The position numbers and the translations under genes are program-made. A DNA stretch of 64,000 bases from Marsupella aquatica (taxonomy: Eukaryota > Plantae > Marchantiophyta), in assembly GCA_973895155.1 (NCBI GenBank), contig OZ316899.1, positions 15,465,974-15,529,973 on the forward strand, given 5' to 3'. A model generated the notes under the pieces. That model did not search any database. It saw only the letters and a program-made list of their open reading frames with translations, and was not told the DNA's origin. Shown one piece after another: positions 12,601 through 24,093 of the stretch (positions are counted from its first letter, which is position 1; every line of letters starts with the position of its first letter).

Positions 12601-13255
12601 CATGGATATACGTACCTTGGACATACAGAAAGATATGTTCAGGAAGAGAGAAGATTTTGAACCTTTACTAGGTTCAGATATGCCATACCTTTCGGCTATC
12701 AGTGCTCTAATGTTTCTATCTAATCAAACTCGACCGGACATAGCATTCGCGGTCAACTTACTCGCAAGACATAACGCACAACCCACTATCAGACACTGGA
12801 ATGGTATTAAAAGGATATTCCATTATCTAATTGGTACATCAGACTTTGGTTTATACTTTCCTTATGATGCAGATTATAATTTAACAGGATATGCTGATGT
12901 TGGCTATCTATCCAATCCACAAGATGGTAAATCTCAAACTGGATATATTTTCTTGATGGGCCCGACACCAATTTCATGGCACAACACCAAACAGACTCTT
13001 ACTACTACTTCTTCCAATCACTCTGAAATAATTGCTCTCTACGAAGCAAGTCGTGAATGTTTATGGTTACGAAAAGTCTTAGATCACATTCTGATCAACA
13101 CAGGTATATACAGCAAGACAAAACTTTTGCAGGATGCACAGATAGAGGCGAACATTCTGTTTTCAGGGGGAGCACGAACTCACCTGGAAACCCGAAATCA
13201 ACAAAACAGGACTGGCAGACAGCATCCGCAGCAACAACTTCTCACACAGTTTTGA
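9611..13255 (+). pseudogene. pol: Bianca-1 Pol (protease, GAG-pre-integrase, integrase, RT, truncated RNase H)
   Basis: Motifs DSGTTH, WHRRLGHPG, LHADVCGP, YKARLVAKG, IYVDD, GYADVGY. Contains stops and frameshifts, a small deletion at ~10740, and an RNase H truncation at ~13115. Confidence 0.9.
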
Positions 13256-14132
13256 GCAAGAAAATATGAAGCAATGCACTCACCTCCAACATGATCTGAC
13301 TGATAGCACAACAACGTATGATGCAACAATACATTACGCAACAGTTCATGACACAAATCCATGATGACATAGCAACAATCAATGCAGATCTACAACCAAC
13401 ATCTCCACAAGAATTCATTTGAACTCCACAGAAAGCAAGCACGAACGGTAGTCAATATTTCTACTTTACACTCCACAAAGACAACAATCGTGAGCAGCAG
13501 CAGCGCGCAGCAGTCACGAGCAATCGTGAACACCCTTTAACATCCCTAAATCTTTTTCAACATTGCAAGAACAGACAGCAAATGATTATGACCTGCTGTC
13601 AACTCCGAGCAGCAATCGATTGCTCACCTCCCGATCTCCAAATAGTCGACCTCAACCTACTATCGACTTCAACCAGCAGTCAACATTTTTAGTCGACGTT
13701 TCTACCTCTCACATGTCACAATTTTTCTTACACCACTTACTTCCGAAAAGCCACAGGAAACCTAATTTTTCTTTACACTATTACTCCCGAACACTCCTTA
13801 ATGATCATCTTACCATTAGACCACGTAAGATAGAATTATTTTGAGTAATCTTGCAGATCGATACCACACACTAGAATACAAACCTAAAACAAAATTACTC
13901 TAACCATACTTCTAGAACAGTAAAGAGTAGACAAACACAAATACAGATTACTTTAGAAAGACATAAATTTATTTTGACATTTAAAGGGATGCAGGGTGAC
14001 AATACTCTTTCCTTCCACAAAAGAAAGTAGGGAAGGTTTTAATGAGGTTGCACTTCCATCACCTAACTTCACATACATTAGTAGAAGATTGGTTGTCACA
14101 TTTTTCTTAAAATGATAACACCCAAGGGGGAG

Positions 14133-14271
14133 TGTTATACCCTAATTATGATTGGGTATACTAACTATAGTTAGAACCCATGGTTAACTCCAACCAGAGT
14201 TAGCATATGTATATATTCTCTCCTTGAAATAGAAGATCATATCATTGTTGGTGTATTTTTAGTTTGTAACA
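14133..14271 (+). repeat. 3' LTR of Bianca-1
   Basis: Preceded by PPT, followed by TSD GCAAG. Confidence 0.95.
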
Positions 14272-14366
14272 GCAAGCACTTTAATTTACTCTATCTTTAT
14301 GTGCATGCGCAGGCCAATCACATTGTGTGTCCAGGCTTTGAAAAAGTCTCAGTCTCAAGGGATTAA

Positions 14367-15421
14367 TGTCAACCGTAGTCGCGGAACTTGACTACCTTAA
14401 CACTTAGCTCCGGCGTCATTGACTCCGATGTCGAGCTCCCTTATGGTCCAGGCCCGGATAGGCCATCCGGGGAGGACTTAGCATGGGGAGACTTGTGGAC
14501 AATGAGACGTGGCACTAGCAAAGGCAAGGAGCCAAGCTGGTGACACACACTAAGGACTTAGGCAAGCTGAGAGCTGGTCGGGTCAAGGGGAAAGGGGCCG
14601 GACTCAAGGTCGACCATCCGGGGCCCTTGACGGACTTTGAGTTTTGAGGGCTTGAGTGTGAGCTCCTCTTGGACCCAAGGCCAATGGAGTTGACACCAAG
14701 GGCAACGGACGCTTGGGGCGCCATGGGTTCTCGAGGTTTGTGGGTGTTAGCTCACCCGCTGGCCAAATCCTACCAAACAACAGCCAAGCTGCATTCAGTA
14801 TCCCAAGGGAGCTTGCGTTGGGGAGGCAAGGCCAAGTAGGCGTGGAGGTTGAGTTCCAAGGGTGGTCCGCCCTAGACAATCAGGGGGGAAAACCGGGAGT
14901 TGGTTGGTAGAGTCGGGGCCATTATGGTCCCGGTGTGTTGGGACAAGCTTGGGACAGGCTTTAGGACAAGCTACGCTATTTGGGCCATGAGTATGTCCTG
15001 GGGTCAGGGCGGTCAGTTGATGATGGATAAGTATGAGGGGGAACCCGGGCCGCACCCAAGGAAGGAGTTGTTCTGGACAAACAATGGGCGTGGGTTTTTG
15101 TTCCAGCTTATGGCATCGGGAGGACCTATCGCTTACCTATTTACCAACGTCTGTTGAACTTGAATTAGGATGCTAGACTTGGCAAGTTCTATATCCTGAA
15201 GGGTTACTTACCAAGGAGCTTGGTTGCTTGTGCAGATAGTGAGGACCGTTGAGTAGCGGTCATGTTGGAGAGCAAGTGCGGCTTCATATGGAAGGGGCCG
15301 CTAGCGGTGCAAGGGGCACTAGGTTGCTTGCTTGAGGTATTCCCTGGAGGCATTCGGGCACCAGGGGCACTTAGGCATGAGTGTTGGGATTGGTGAGGGC
15401 GTTGGGTGGTAAGGTCCACCA
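14367..15421 (+). repeat. Probable 5' LTR of G1
   Basis: GC-rich non-coding block ending in CA just before the PBS. Start at TGTCAACC is a guess from the composition shift. Confidence 0.45.
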
Positions 15422-15425
15422 CTTG

Positions 15426-15437
15426 TGATATCAGAGC
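15426..15437 (+). promoter_or_regulatory. PBS complementary to initiator tRNA-Met (TGATATCAGAGC)
   Basis: One mismatch from canonical TGGTATCAGAGC. Confidence 0.75.
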
Positions 15438-15568
15438 GATTGTCGGCGTAGACACCAGGCCGGGGTTGTGCTAGGTCGGAATCCAAAAATCTTAACAGAT
15501 TTTTACGGCAACTTAGTGCTTCAATGTGCCCGGCGGGTTGACTACGGGCAGATTTGGTTGTCAAGGAC

Positions 15569-16592
15569 ATGGCAAAAAACACTCAATCAAAGAGTGGCAA
15601 ACAGGCTCCCCCCGCCAAGGGGAGAGCCCAAGTTCAATTAGAACAGAAGGAGGACGGATTGACTTCCCTAGATGAATGTTACAAGCAAGACAACAAAGAC
15701 GTGGTGGCCAAACCATTGACCGCCATAGCAAACATGTCAAGTGCAGACCGCCATTGACTTAAAGGGAAAGAGGTGGCCAATCCTTTAGAAGATGGGTCGG
15801 ACGACAACGACCCTGATGCGGATGGAAGCAACAATGATGCAGAAGCTGAATCAGAGGAAGAGGGTCAGGACCCAAAAGAGGAACTGATCCCAGCCTTGAG
15901 GGGGTTGGATGCAGAACTAGAGGATGATGTTGAGTTGGACGTCATCATAGATAATTTGACCAAGCAAAACTAGGACAATGCAAGTGATGCCTCAGCCCCG
16001 GGAGGTCATGGTACCCGCAAGATGCGGGGGATTTCACCAAAATCCACAAAGGAACCTAAGGACAAGCAGCCTACAAAGGAAAGACGGTTGGAGGACCGTC
16101 CTTGTACAACCCGCTGACGACGGTTTGGGTCTGTTGACTCAAGACCAATGACTCATTATGAGCAATTGGAACACAACAAGGGGGCCCAGATTAAGTACTT
16201 AGTCTGGGTAGTCAAAGTGCGACGTGTCCCGAGGAAGCAATGGTAGTTGGGCGGAGTATGTTTCAAGTGAACTAGCTACCGACTCCTCCAACTTACAACG
16301 GGGCCTATGAGCAAAGTGGAAAAAAGTTCATGAGTTGGCTCTCCACGATGGAGATTCATCTCCAAGCGTGCGTCGAGCGTTCCACTTGGGCTACCGCAAC
16401 CGCTCCCTACCTGAAGGACTATGCCTCGACTTGGTACAAGTCATGGAAGAAGTAGCGAGAGGACTCCTCCTTGCCGTTAACTTGGGAAAACCTGGTTGAG
16501 GGTCTCCGTGCTCATGTCACCACTAAGTACCTAGAGCGGCAAGCTCAGAAATGTGTACGGAGATGAGTTTGAGGGGTGATATCCAAAAGTTC
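15569..16592 (+). pseudogene. gag: G1 gag, 5' part
   Basis: Degenerate frame with retrotransposon-Gag-like WLSTMEIHL...YLKDYASTWY...LTWENL. Confidence 0.6.
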
Positions 16593-16597
16593 ATTAC

Positions 16598-16749
16598 TGT
16601 TATAACCCATACCTAAACCTACCCTACCTAGGGTTAAACCCTACTACAGTTAGGCCCAAATCCAATGCCTAACTACCTAGCCACCATAGGAGCTATATGT
16701 AATGTTGGGATGATGAATGAAGGTATTAGTTGTTCCACACCTTACAACA
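16598..16749 (+). repeat. 5' LTR of Bianca-2
   Basis: TGTTATAA...TACAACA, repeated at 31132-31284. Confidence 0.95.
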
Positions 16750-17063
16750 CGTTATCAGCACGATGCTGAATTTGAATCAATTTTTTTAGGGATTACATTT
16801 TCTTTTCCTCCATAGCAAGATTTTGTTTTCCACCATTTAGGGAATGATTAAAGGCAGACAAATGGTGCAGCGGTGGCCGCCATTTCGACGAGGGTGGCCA
16901 AAATCATCCAGTGAGATTGGATGTCAATGAATGAAGCAAATTGGATACAAAATTGGGCAATGAGATAAGAACCTCCCAAATTTGTTGACCACGATTTGAA
17001 ATTTCATCCTCAATTCCTTCAATTTCACCAATTGAGCTTATCAATAAGAGATTATCCAAAAAA

Positions 17064-20000
17064 ATGTCAACAAATTCCATGGAGAAACTTTTATTTCAAC
17101 CACTCAACATTGATGGCGCCAATTATTTGTCCTGGTTGCTTGATGTTGAAGCTCATTTAACTTCAAAGAATCTACAGAATATGGTAATAACTGACAATGA
17201 CCTAACTCTTCAGCAAAAGGCGCAGGCATTTATACTAATTAGACACCACTTGAGCGACTCCTTGAAGTGACAGTACATGAACGAATACAATCCGAGGATC
17301 CTCTGGGAAGAACTCCAATCCCGCATTGACCACACTCGCACTTGCACCATATACCTGCCAGCAGCCAAACACGATTGGATCAATCTTAGAGTCCAAGACC
17401 ATAAGACAATTGCGGACTACAACTGCAAATTATTCCGGATAGTATCACAACTGGCCATATGTGGCCACCCTGTAGATGATGAAGAACAGATCAAGAAAAC
17501 GCTATCCACCCTCCACCCTCCACTCTACCAATCTCATCCTCTCCACCCAATACTGCAATATGCAATTCACCAAATACTCCGAATTGATAGCACATATGCT
17601 CCTGGCTGAGAAGCATCAACTATTGCTATTACAAAACTCCCAAAAATGACCTCCCGGCACCCTCCCCCCAGTCACAAATACAGAATCTCATTATGTGACA
17701 ACTCAAAGGGGAGAGGGATCAACTTACCGCGGCCGAGGCAATTTCAGGGGGAGAAACACAAATAGAGGTCGAGGAAGCTCATTTAGAGGACGCGGGGGCA
17801 CAAACAACTCCTTCAGAGGCAGATCTAGGGGAAGATACCAAAACAATGGATACAACTTCAGAAACAACAGGCAACGAGACAATTCTCAACCCCGAGCAAG
17901 GACAACTCAACAGCAAAGCGCTCAAAGAGATAAATACAAAAACCCCCTATATGCTTTCGTTGCGGCACTAAGGGACACATTCAAAAATTCTGCCGTGCCC
18001 TTGCACACCTTGTACAACTATATAAGAACAACATCGCACAAAATGAACCCGAGACATACGGGACTTTCCTAGAATCCACTGATCTAATTCCATCTATAAA
18101 CATGACTATATCAAGAAACGACTCTACCATAAAAGAAAATCTTTCCCACTGCATAGTCGACAGTGGTACATTGCATTCTATTTTCAAGCATAAGGAATAT
18201 TTTAAGCAGATTATGCCATCACAAAGAAAACTTACGACTATCATGGGCCAGCATCAATTGGAAGAGGGATTTGGACCAGCACTGGTCACCCTACCCTGCG
18301 GTACGTCAATTCAGGTGAAGTATGCCATATATGCTCCAAAAGCAACCAGGAACTTACTCAGCTTCGGGGACATCCATGCTAACAAGCTACACATCAAGAC
18401 GGGCACCCAAGATGGATGGGAGGTTTTGTACATTACCTCGGGGGAACCACCAAACACCAAGATCAGAGAGATCCCGAGTGCATCACCCCCTGGCTGTTAT
18501 ACCACCAAAATTCACAGCTTCCACATTGAAGCACCCCAAGGCACACTTACCGAGATCTAGCACAGGAGACTTGGCCACACCGGAACAACAATGTTCCAGA
18601 AGCTCATCAGAGAAACACAAGGTATACCAGAAAAGGTACACCCTACGTCCATGAAAGCCCCTTGTTTAGCTTGCTCACAGGGCAAACTAATAATCCGGCC
18701 CTTGCCACCAAAAACTGAACACCAAATCCCACGCTTCCTGGAGCGCATACACGCTGATGTATGTGGACCGATTGATCCCCCTAGCAGCCCATTCCGATTC
18801 TTCTTGGCAGTCATAGACGCATCAAATGGAGTCAGATATCCTTACTATCCACACAAAACCTGGTATTCTCCAGACTCCTTGCCCACATACTAAAACTGAG
18901 AGCTCAATTCCCTAAAAACCAAATTAAAACACTGAGAGTAGATAACGCTGGCAAATTTACCTCTAAGACGTTCGAAGATTTTTGCCAGGCCACATGCATT
19001 GATGTCCAGTACCCCGTACCCCATGTCCATTTTCAAAATGGAATAGCCAAATCCTTGATTAAACGACTGTAGCTGATTGCCAGATCCCTACTAATGCAGA
19101 CAAACTTACCAACAGCTGCTTGGGGCCAAGCCATTCTCCACTCTACTGCCCTATTAAGCTACAGACCATCATCCTTTAACTCAACTACCCCTTACCACTT
19201 AGCATTTGGGAGTATACCAAATGTCTCTCACCTGAGAACGTTTGGCTGCAAAGTCATGGTACCCATCTTGGGACCCAAGAGAACCAAGATGGGGCCCCAA
19301 AGACACGCAGGAATATACATCGGCTTTGACTCAACTTCCATAATCAGATATATGGAGCCTACTACATCTGATGTATTCAAAGCACGTTTTGCAGATTGCC
19401 ACTTCTACAAAGAAATTTTTCCCAACCTACAAACGAAACAACAACTCGACACAGAGAAGAGCACCAAACTTACTTGGCAAATTGATGTTGAATTCTGGAA
19501 TGACCCACGGGACAGCCATGCGGACACCAAAGTACAACGGATTTTACACTTGGCTAGGATGGTAGAAAACCTTCCCGACTCCTTTACTGATGCCGCCCAA
19601 GTAACTCGCTCCCACATTCCAACAGCAAACGCCCCATCCAGGATCCAAATGGAGACCCCACTAGCATCAGTTACTGCCCCAAAAGCCAAGAGGGCCGTCC
19701 ACTGGGATCCGCAGACAGACAGCCAAGATAGTGCAGAGTCGCCCCAACATCTGCACCAAACACATTGAACAGAGACCAAGCTCCAATCCAACCAAATGTA
19801 CCAGAAGACAAGCAGAGATATCAATCAACTATGGAAGAATCGGGCATGTATGGGACAGAGAGCATACCACAATAGACGAACAATTTGCCTTTCACATAGC
19901 ACAACAGATCAAAGATGAACTGCCAGATCCACGAATGATTAAAGAAGTTGAGGCTCAACCTGATTGGCCTGAATGGGAACAGGCCATTCATTTAGAACTG

Positions 20001-21668
20001 GATTCATTGTTAGCCCGCCAGGTATTCGGACCAATTACGATAGCAGAACCTGTAGTGCATCTCACAGGCTATAAATGGACCCTCGTCAAGAAAAGAAATG
20101 CAAAAGGCAAAGTAACCAGACACAAGGCAAGACTGGTGGCCAAGGGATTTACACAAGCCCCCGGCAGGGACTACGACTTAACATACTTGCCGGTGATGGA
20201 TGTCATCACTTACCGGTACCTTATCACATTCTCACAACGCCACAACTTATCCATGCACCAAATGGATATTGTAACAACCTACCTATATGGACACTTAGAC
20301 AAAGTCATATACATGGAAGCTCCACCAGAACTGGTGAGACGAGTTGAGTATCACAGCAAAGGGAAACAAACACATAAAGCTGGAGTTCACAACCAGGCAG
20401 AAACATTCGAGCATACAAATTCAGCGATACTCCACAAGACTGCAGCAAAGATAGCACTAACAGATCCTATCTAACATCAAAGGGACACCACCCGAAGAAC
20501 TTGATTTGCAGTACAGGTGTTAAGATCCCTATATGGCCTTAAGCAAAGTGGACTGACATGGTATAAACGCTTTAAGTCAGAAATGCTGGCGATGGGATTT
20601 ACAAATGCCGACATTGCACCCTGTTTATTTCTGAAACAGGAAAACAAAGAATTTATTATAGTAGCCATCTACGTGGACAACCTGAACCTGTTCGGAACAA
20701 GAAAAAATATGGTTGAAACTATCATACTCCTGAAACAGGCCTTTGAGATGCGCGACCTAGGGCAAACTACTTTCTGCCTAGGCCTACAATTTGAGCACCT
20801 GCACAATGGCATTTTCTTGCATCAGTCCACGTACATCAAGAAAATCCTGAAGCAATTCAAAATGGACAAGGCCACTGCAGTCAGATCCCCCATGGACATC
20901 CGCTCACTTGACAAAGAAAAGGATATCTTCCGGAAGAGAAATGAGATGGAGCCACTGCTTGGCCCAGAGAAGCCATACCTATCTGCTATAGGTGTCCTGA
21001 TGTTCCTTTTGAACCAAAGAAGGCCTGATATTGCCTTTGCAGTCAACCTATTGGCTCGCCACAGTGCCAAGCCAACTATTCGGCATTGGAATGGGATAAA
21101 GTGCATTTTCCGCTACCTTGTGGGTACCAAGGATCTGGGACTGTTTTACCCATCCGATACTAATTACTCACTTACAAGATATGCTGATGCAGGTTACCTC
21201 TTAGACCCGGAGGACGCAAAGTCTCAGACCGGGTACGTCTTCTTGATGGGCCAAACCGTAATCTCATGGCAAAGTTGCAAGCAGACACTAACAACTACAT
21301 CGTCAAATCACTCAAAAATTATAGCTCTCTACGAATCAAGCAAGGAGTGCATTTGGCTATGCAACATCATCAATCACATCCATGAGAACACGGGCATACC
21401 TACACTGTCAACACCAACAGAAATTCACAAAGATAACAGAGCCTGCGTTGAACAAATTCAAGCAGGCTTCATCAAGGGCGATCAAACCAAACACATTGCC
21501 CCCAAGTTTTTCTTTACGCATGAACAGCAAGGCAATAGCATCGCAGTTAAATGGATACAAAGCTCATAGAACATCACAGATTTGTTTACAAAATCACTTT
21601 CCCCTGTACTACACAGACAACATACATTCTCTATAGGATTGCGCAACTTAGCTGCATTGCAGGACTAA
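17064..21668 (+). pseudogene. gag-pol: Bianca-2 gag-pol, many stops and frameshifts
   Basis: LNIDGANYLSW, VDSGT, IHADVCGP, HKARLVAKG, IYVDN, YADAGY, TKHIAPKFFF. Confidence 0.9.
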
Positions 21669-22374
21669 CACCCTTTGGACTGCTTCCGACCTACTTGTCT
21701 CCTGCCTAGGGGAGAATAAAAGTGAACCTCGCAGCTACACAACGATCAGATAATGATGCATGAAGGAGCAACCAGCAGATACCACATCAGGGGGAGCAGA
21801 ACGCACACATTCACACCTACAAAGCCAAAAGAGTCCAACATTACCACAACTCATTCGACGCGCAAGTACTCCGATCACTAATCACCAAACTCAACGCCGA
21901 GAAGAGAAGCGCCCGCCATCATCAAGAATGACCATCCCAAAGCGCAGCAGCTCACGACTTCATAACCGCGAACACAACAACAAAAGCGGCCCAAACATCG
22001 AGCGCTACCTCGAACATTTTTTATCAAACAGAAGAACCTATCGAACCCCACATAGTTCTACTGCCCTAAGCGCAAACTACGACTGACTTTGGACCTATAA
22101 CACGTAGAGGACTTACACACAAATTACTGACCAAACGATATGGGTACAAAGTCTTTGTGACAACCCACTTAAACATTTTTTTTAACAGACTACAATAACT
22201 TTACATTAACATATAGCTTGGAGGAAATGGTAACACTCTTTCCCCCTACAAGAAAGGAGAGGGGGTTTTAACGAGGTTACATTTCCCTCCCTAAATATAA
22301 ACCTTTCAATGACTAGGACATATTACACATCAGAGTAGGTTTTTTTTTTAGATGGTTGCAACATTACCCCGGGT

Positions 22375-22732
22375 TGTCATGCTGAGGGACAGTGCCTCTT
22401 ATGCACATCGGCATGTCCCTCTCATGCCCGCTAGGTATGTAGTTAGGGCTAGTGTACTACCTGAGTTAGCAACATGTACTTATAGCAAATTCCAGGCGTT
22501 CTTGAAGCAAACACGCTTGTTAGTGTGACGCCAGGACTTTGTGTACTTAGGGCATGTCTTTCTTTGTTGGTTTTTAGTTCTTCTTGAATCGCTGTTGACA
22601 GAGCTCAGACAGTGCTCGTCGGTTCCGTACATGGGATTCACACAGTGATTCGTTAGATGCTCCCGACCGATCTTGGCATCTCGTCGGTTTTTGATTTGAT
22701 TTTAGTACGCTTGTTTCTCTTACGCCTTTTAT
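22375..22732 (+). repeat. Split direct repeat A1
   Basis: About 96% identical by eye to 30573-30930; begins TGTCATGC. Confidence 0.95.
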
Positions 22733-22744
22733 TCAAGAAGAACT
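22731..22744 (+). promoter_or_regulatory. Putative self-priming PBS (ATTCAAGAAGAACT)
   Basis: Perfect 14-nt reverse complement of AGTTCTTCTTGAAT at 22576-22589 within A1. No TGG tRNA-type PBS is present. Confidence 0.7.
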
Positions 22745-24093
22745 GTCGAGTTAGCGGTGAAGGGAAGAAGATTGCTCGTGGCAATTTTGACAATTTTTGG
22801 TTAAGCCATTGCAATTTCCTTGATAGACATTGGAACAAGGCTTCAAAACTATGGGTTTAGTGTGGTGTTATGTGTATACTTAAGTGTATACACATAACAT
22901 TCCCGTCGGGGCCCAAGTTTTTCTTTTCCGGCCGCAACCTTCTTTGTGACCTACATCGGCGACTTGCTGCCAACTGCACAGGCTGCTGCGCCCTCGCTCG
23001 CATTTTTAAGACCCCTTTGGGAGTTTGGGACCCCTTTTTCGTTAGTTTTTATGGCCATTTCCCGACCACGGCTGCCGCGCGACCATCATCGGACTGCCTC
23101 GGCCACCGTGCGCGACTACTTCCCAACTGCATAGGGCCACGTGCCCCTTTTCTTTCTGCCTTTCTTACTCCTTTTTCGCCTCATCGCCTCACCATTCCTT
23201 CTTTTTGTTTCCTCCCGTTGCCAGCATCCCGGCCAGCATTAAAACAGGGGAGGAGAGGGCACAAAGCCCAATACATCATTAAAAGAGGGGAGGGGGGAGC
23301 GCAAGGAGAGGGCACGAGGCCCATTTTTCATTCAAAGACAAGAGGGGGAGAAGGGGAGTACATTCGACTCCCTCCTCTCGGGAGTCACAGTCCTGCCAGG
23401 CACGAGGCCCTAGGCAGCATTAGAGGAGGGGGAGGTGTGCAAAGCCCTATGTAGGGCTCAAGCACTTAAAGGCCCGTTTTTCTTTTTCCTTGCCTCGCCT
23501 TGGGTCTCATCTTTTCCTTTCGCCCTTGCCAAAGCCGTTTTTCTTCTGTTTCTTTTTTTGTTTCTCCATGGTCGCTCGTCCGTTGCGTGACGATTGTAGA
23601 GTCTTTTGACTCACATGAGGGCATGTGCATAGGGCACCGCGGCCGGTCCCCACTATGACCATTTTTCTGCTGACGCCCTGCCCCATGTGTATACACTTAA
23701 TTGGGGCCCTTTTCTTTTAGTTTTTGGCCTTCTTGCTCCTTCGCCGTGCGACGACCGTCCCACCTACTTTTGCATACCTTTGCTGCCAGTTTCTGGGTCC
23801 ACAAGGGGCCCAAGGTATACACGTAAAGGGGGCCCTCCTTTCACATTCTAGGGGCCCATTTTCCCTTATTCTTTGCTTTGCCTATGTATACACATAGGTA
23901 AGTGCGACAAAGGAAAATTTGGTGGTTTTAAGGGTCCTTTTTCTCCGGTGACAGTTTCTCCGTGTTTACACATTCTACATATTTTTGTCTCGCATCGTTT
24001 GTTTCCTTTGTGGGTTACATTTCCTAGCCTTGGGGTTGCCACACCTTTTTCTTGTCAGTTTCTTCCCATTGGCACCTCGGGTGAGCATGCAGC

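Larger units (their letters stand above)
8433..14271 (+). mobile_element. Ty1/copia LTR retrotransposon, Bianca lineage (Bianca-1), both LTRs present but internally deleted
   Basis: 139-bp TG..CA LTRs with 2 mismatches; perfect 5-bp TSD GCAAG; PBS CGTTATCAGCACG; PPT AAGGGGGAG; gag-PR-INT-RT-RH order; Bianca-type Gag start (LQIDGKNY..W..DVEVHL). Confidence 0.95.

Noticed and set aside
16610-16645. Telomere-like CCTAAACC/AAACCCTA
   Set aside because: Only isolated motifs within a short LTR (telo-box at most), not a telomeric array.
20334-20463. Intron (GTGAGA...CTAACAG) in Bianca-2 RT
   Set aside because: Removal (130 nt) breaks the frame. The region reads in frame and is protein-similar to Bianca-1.
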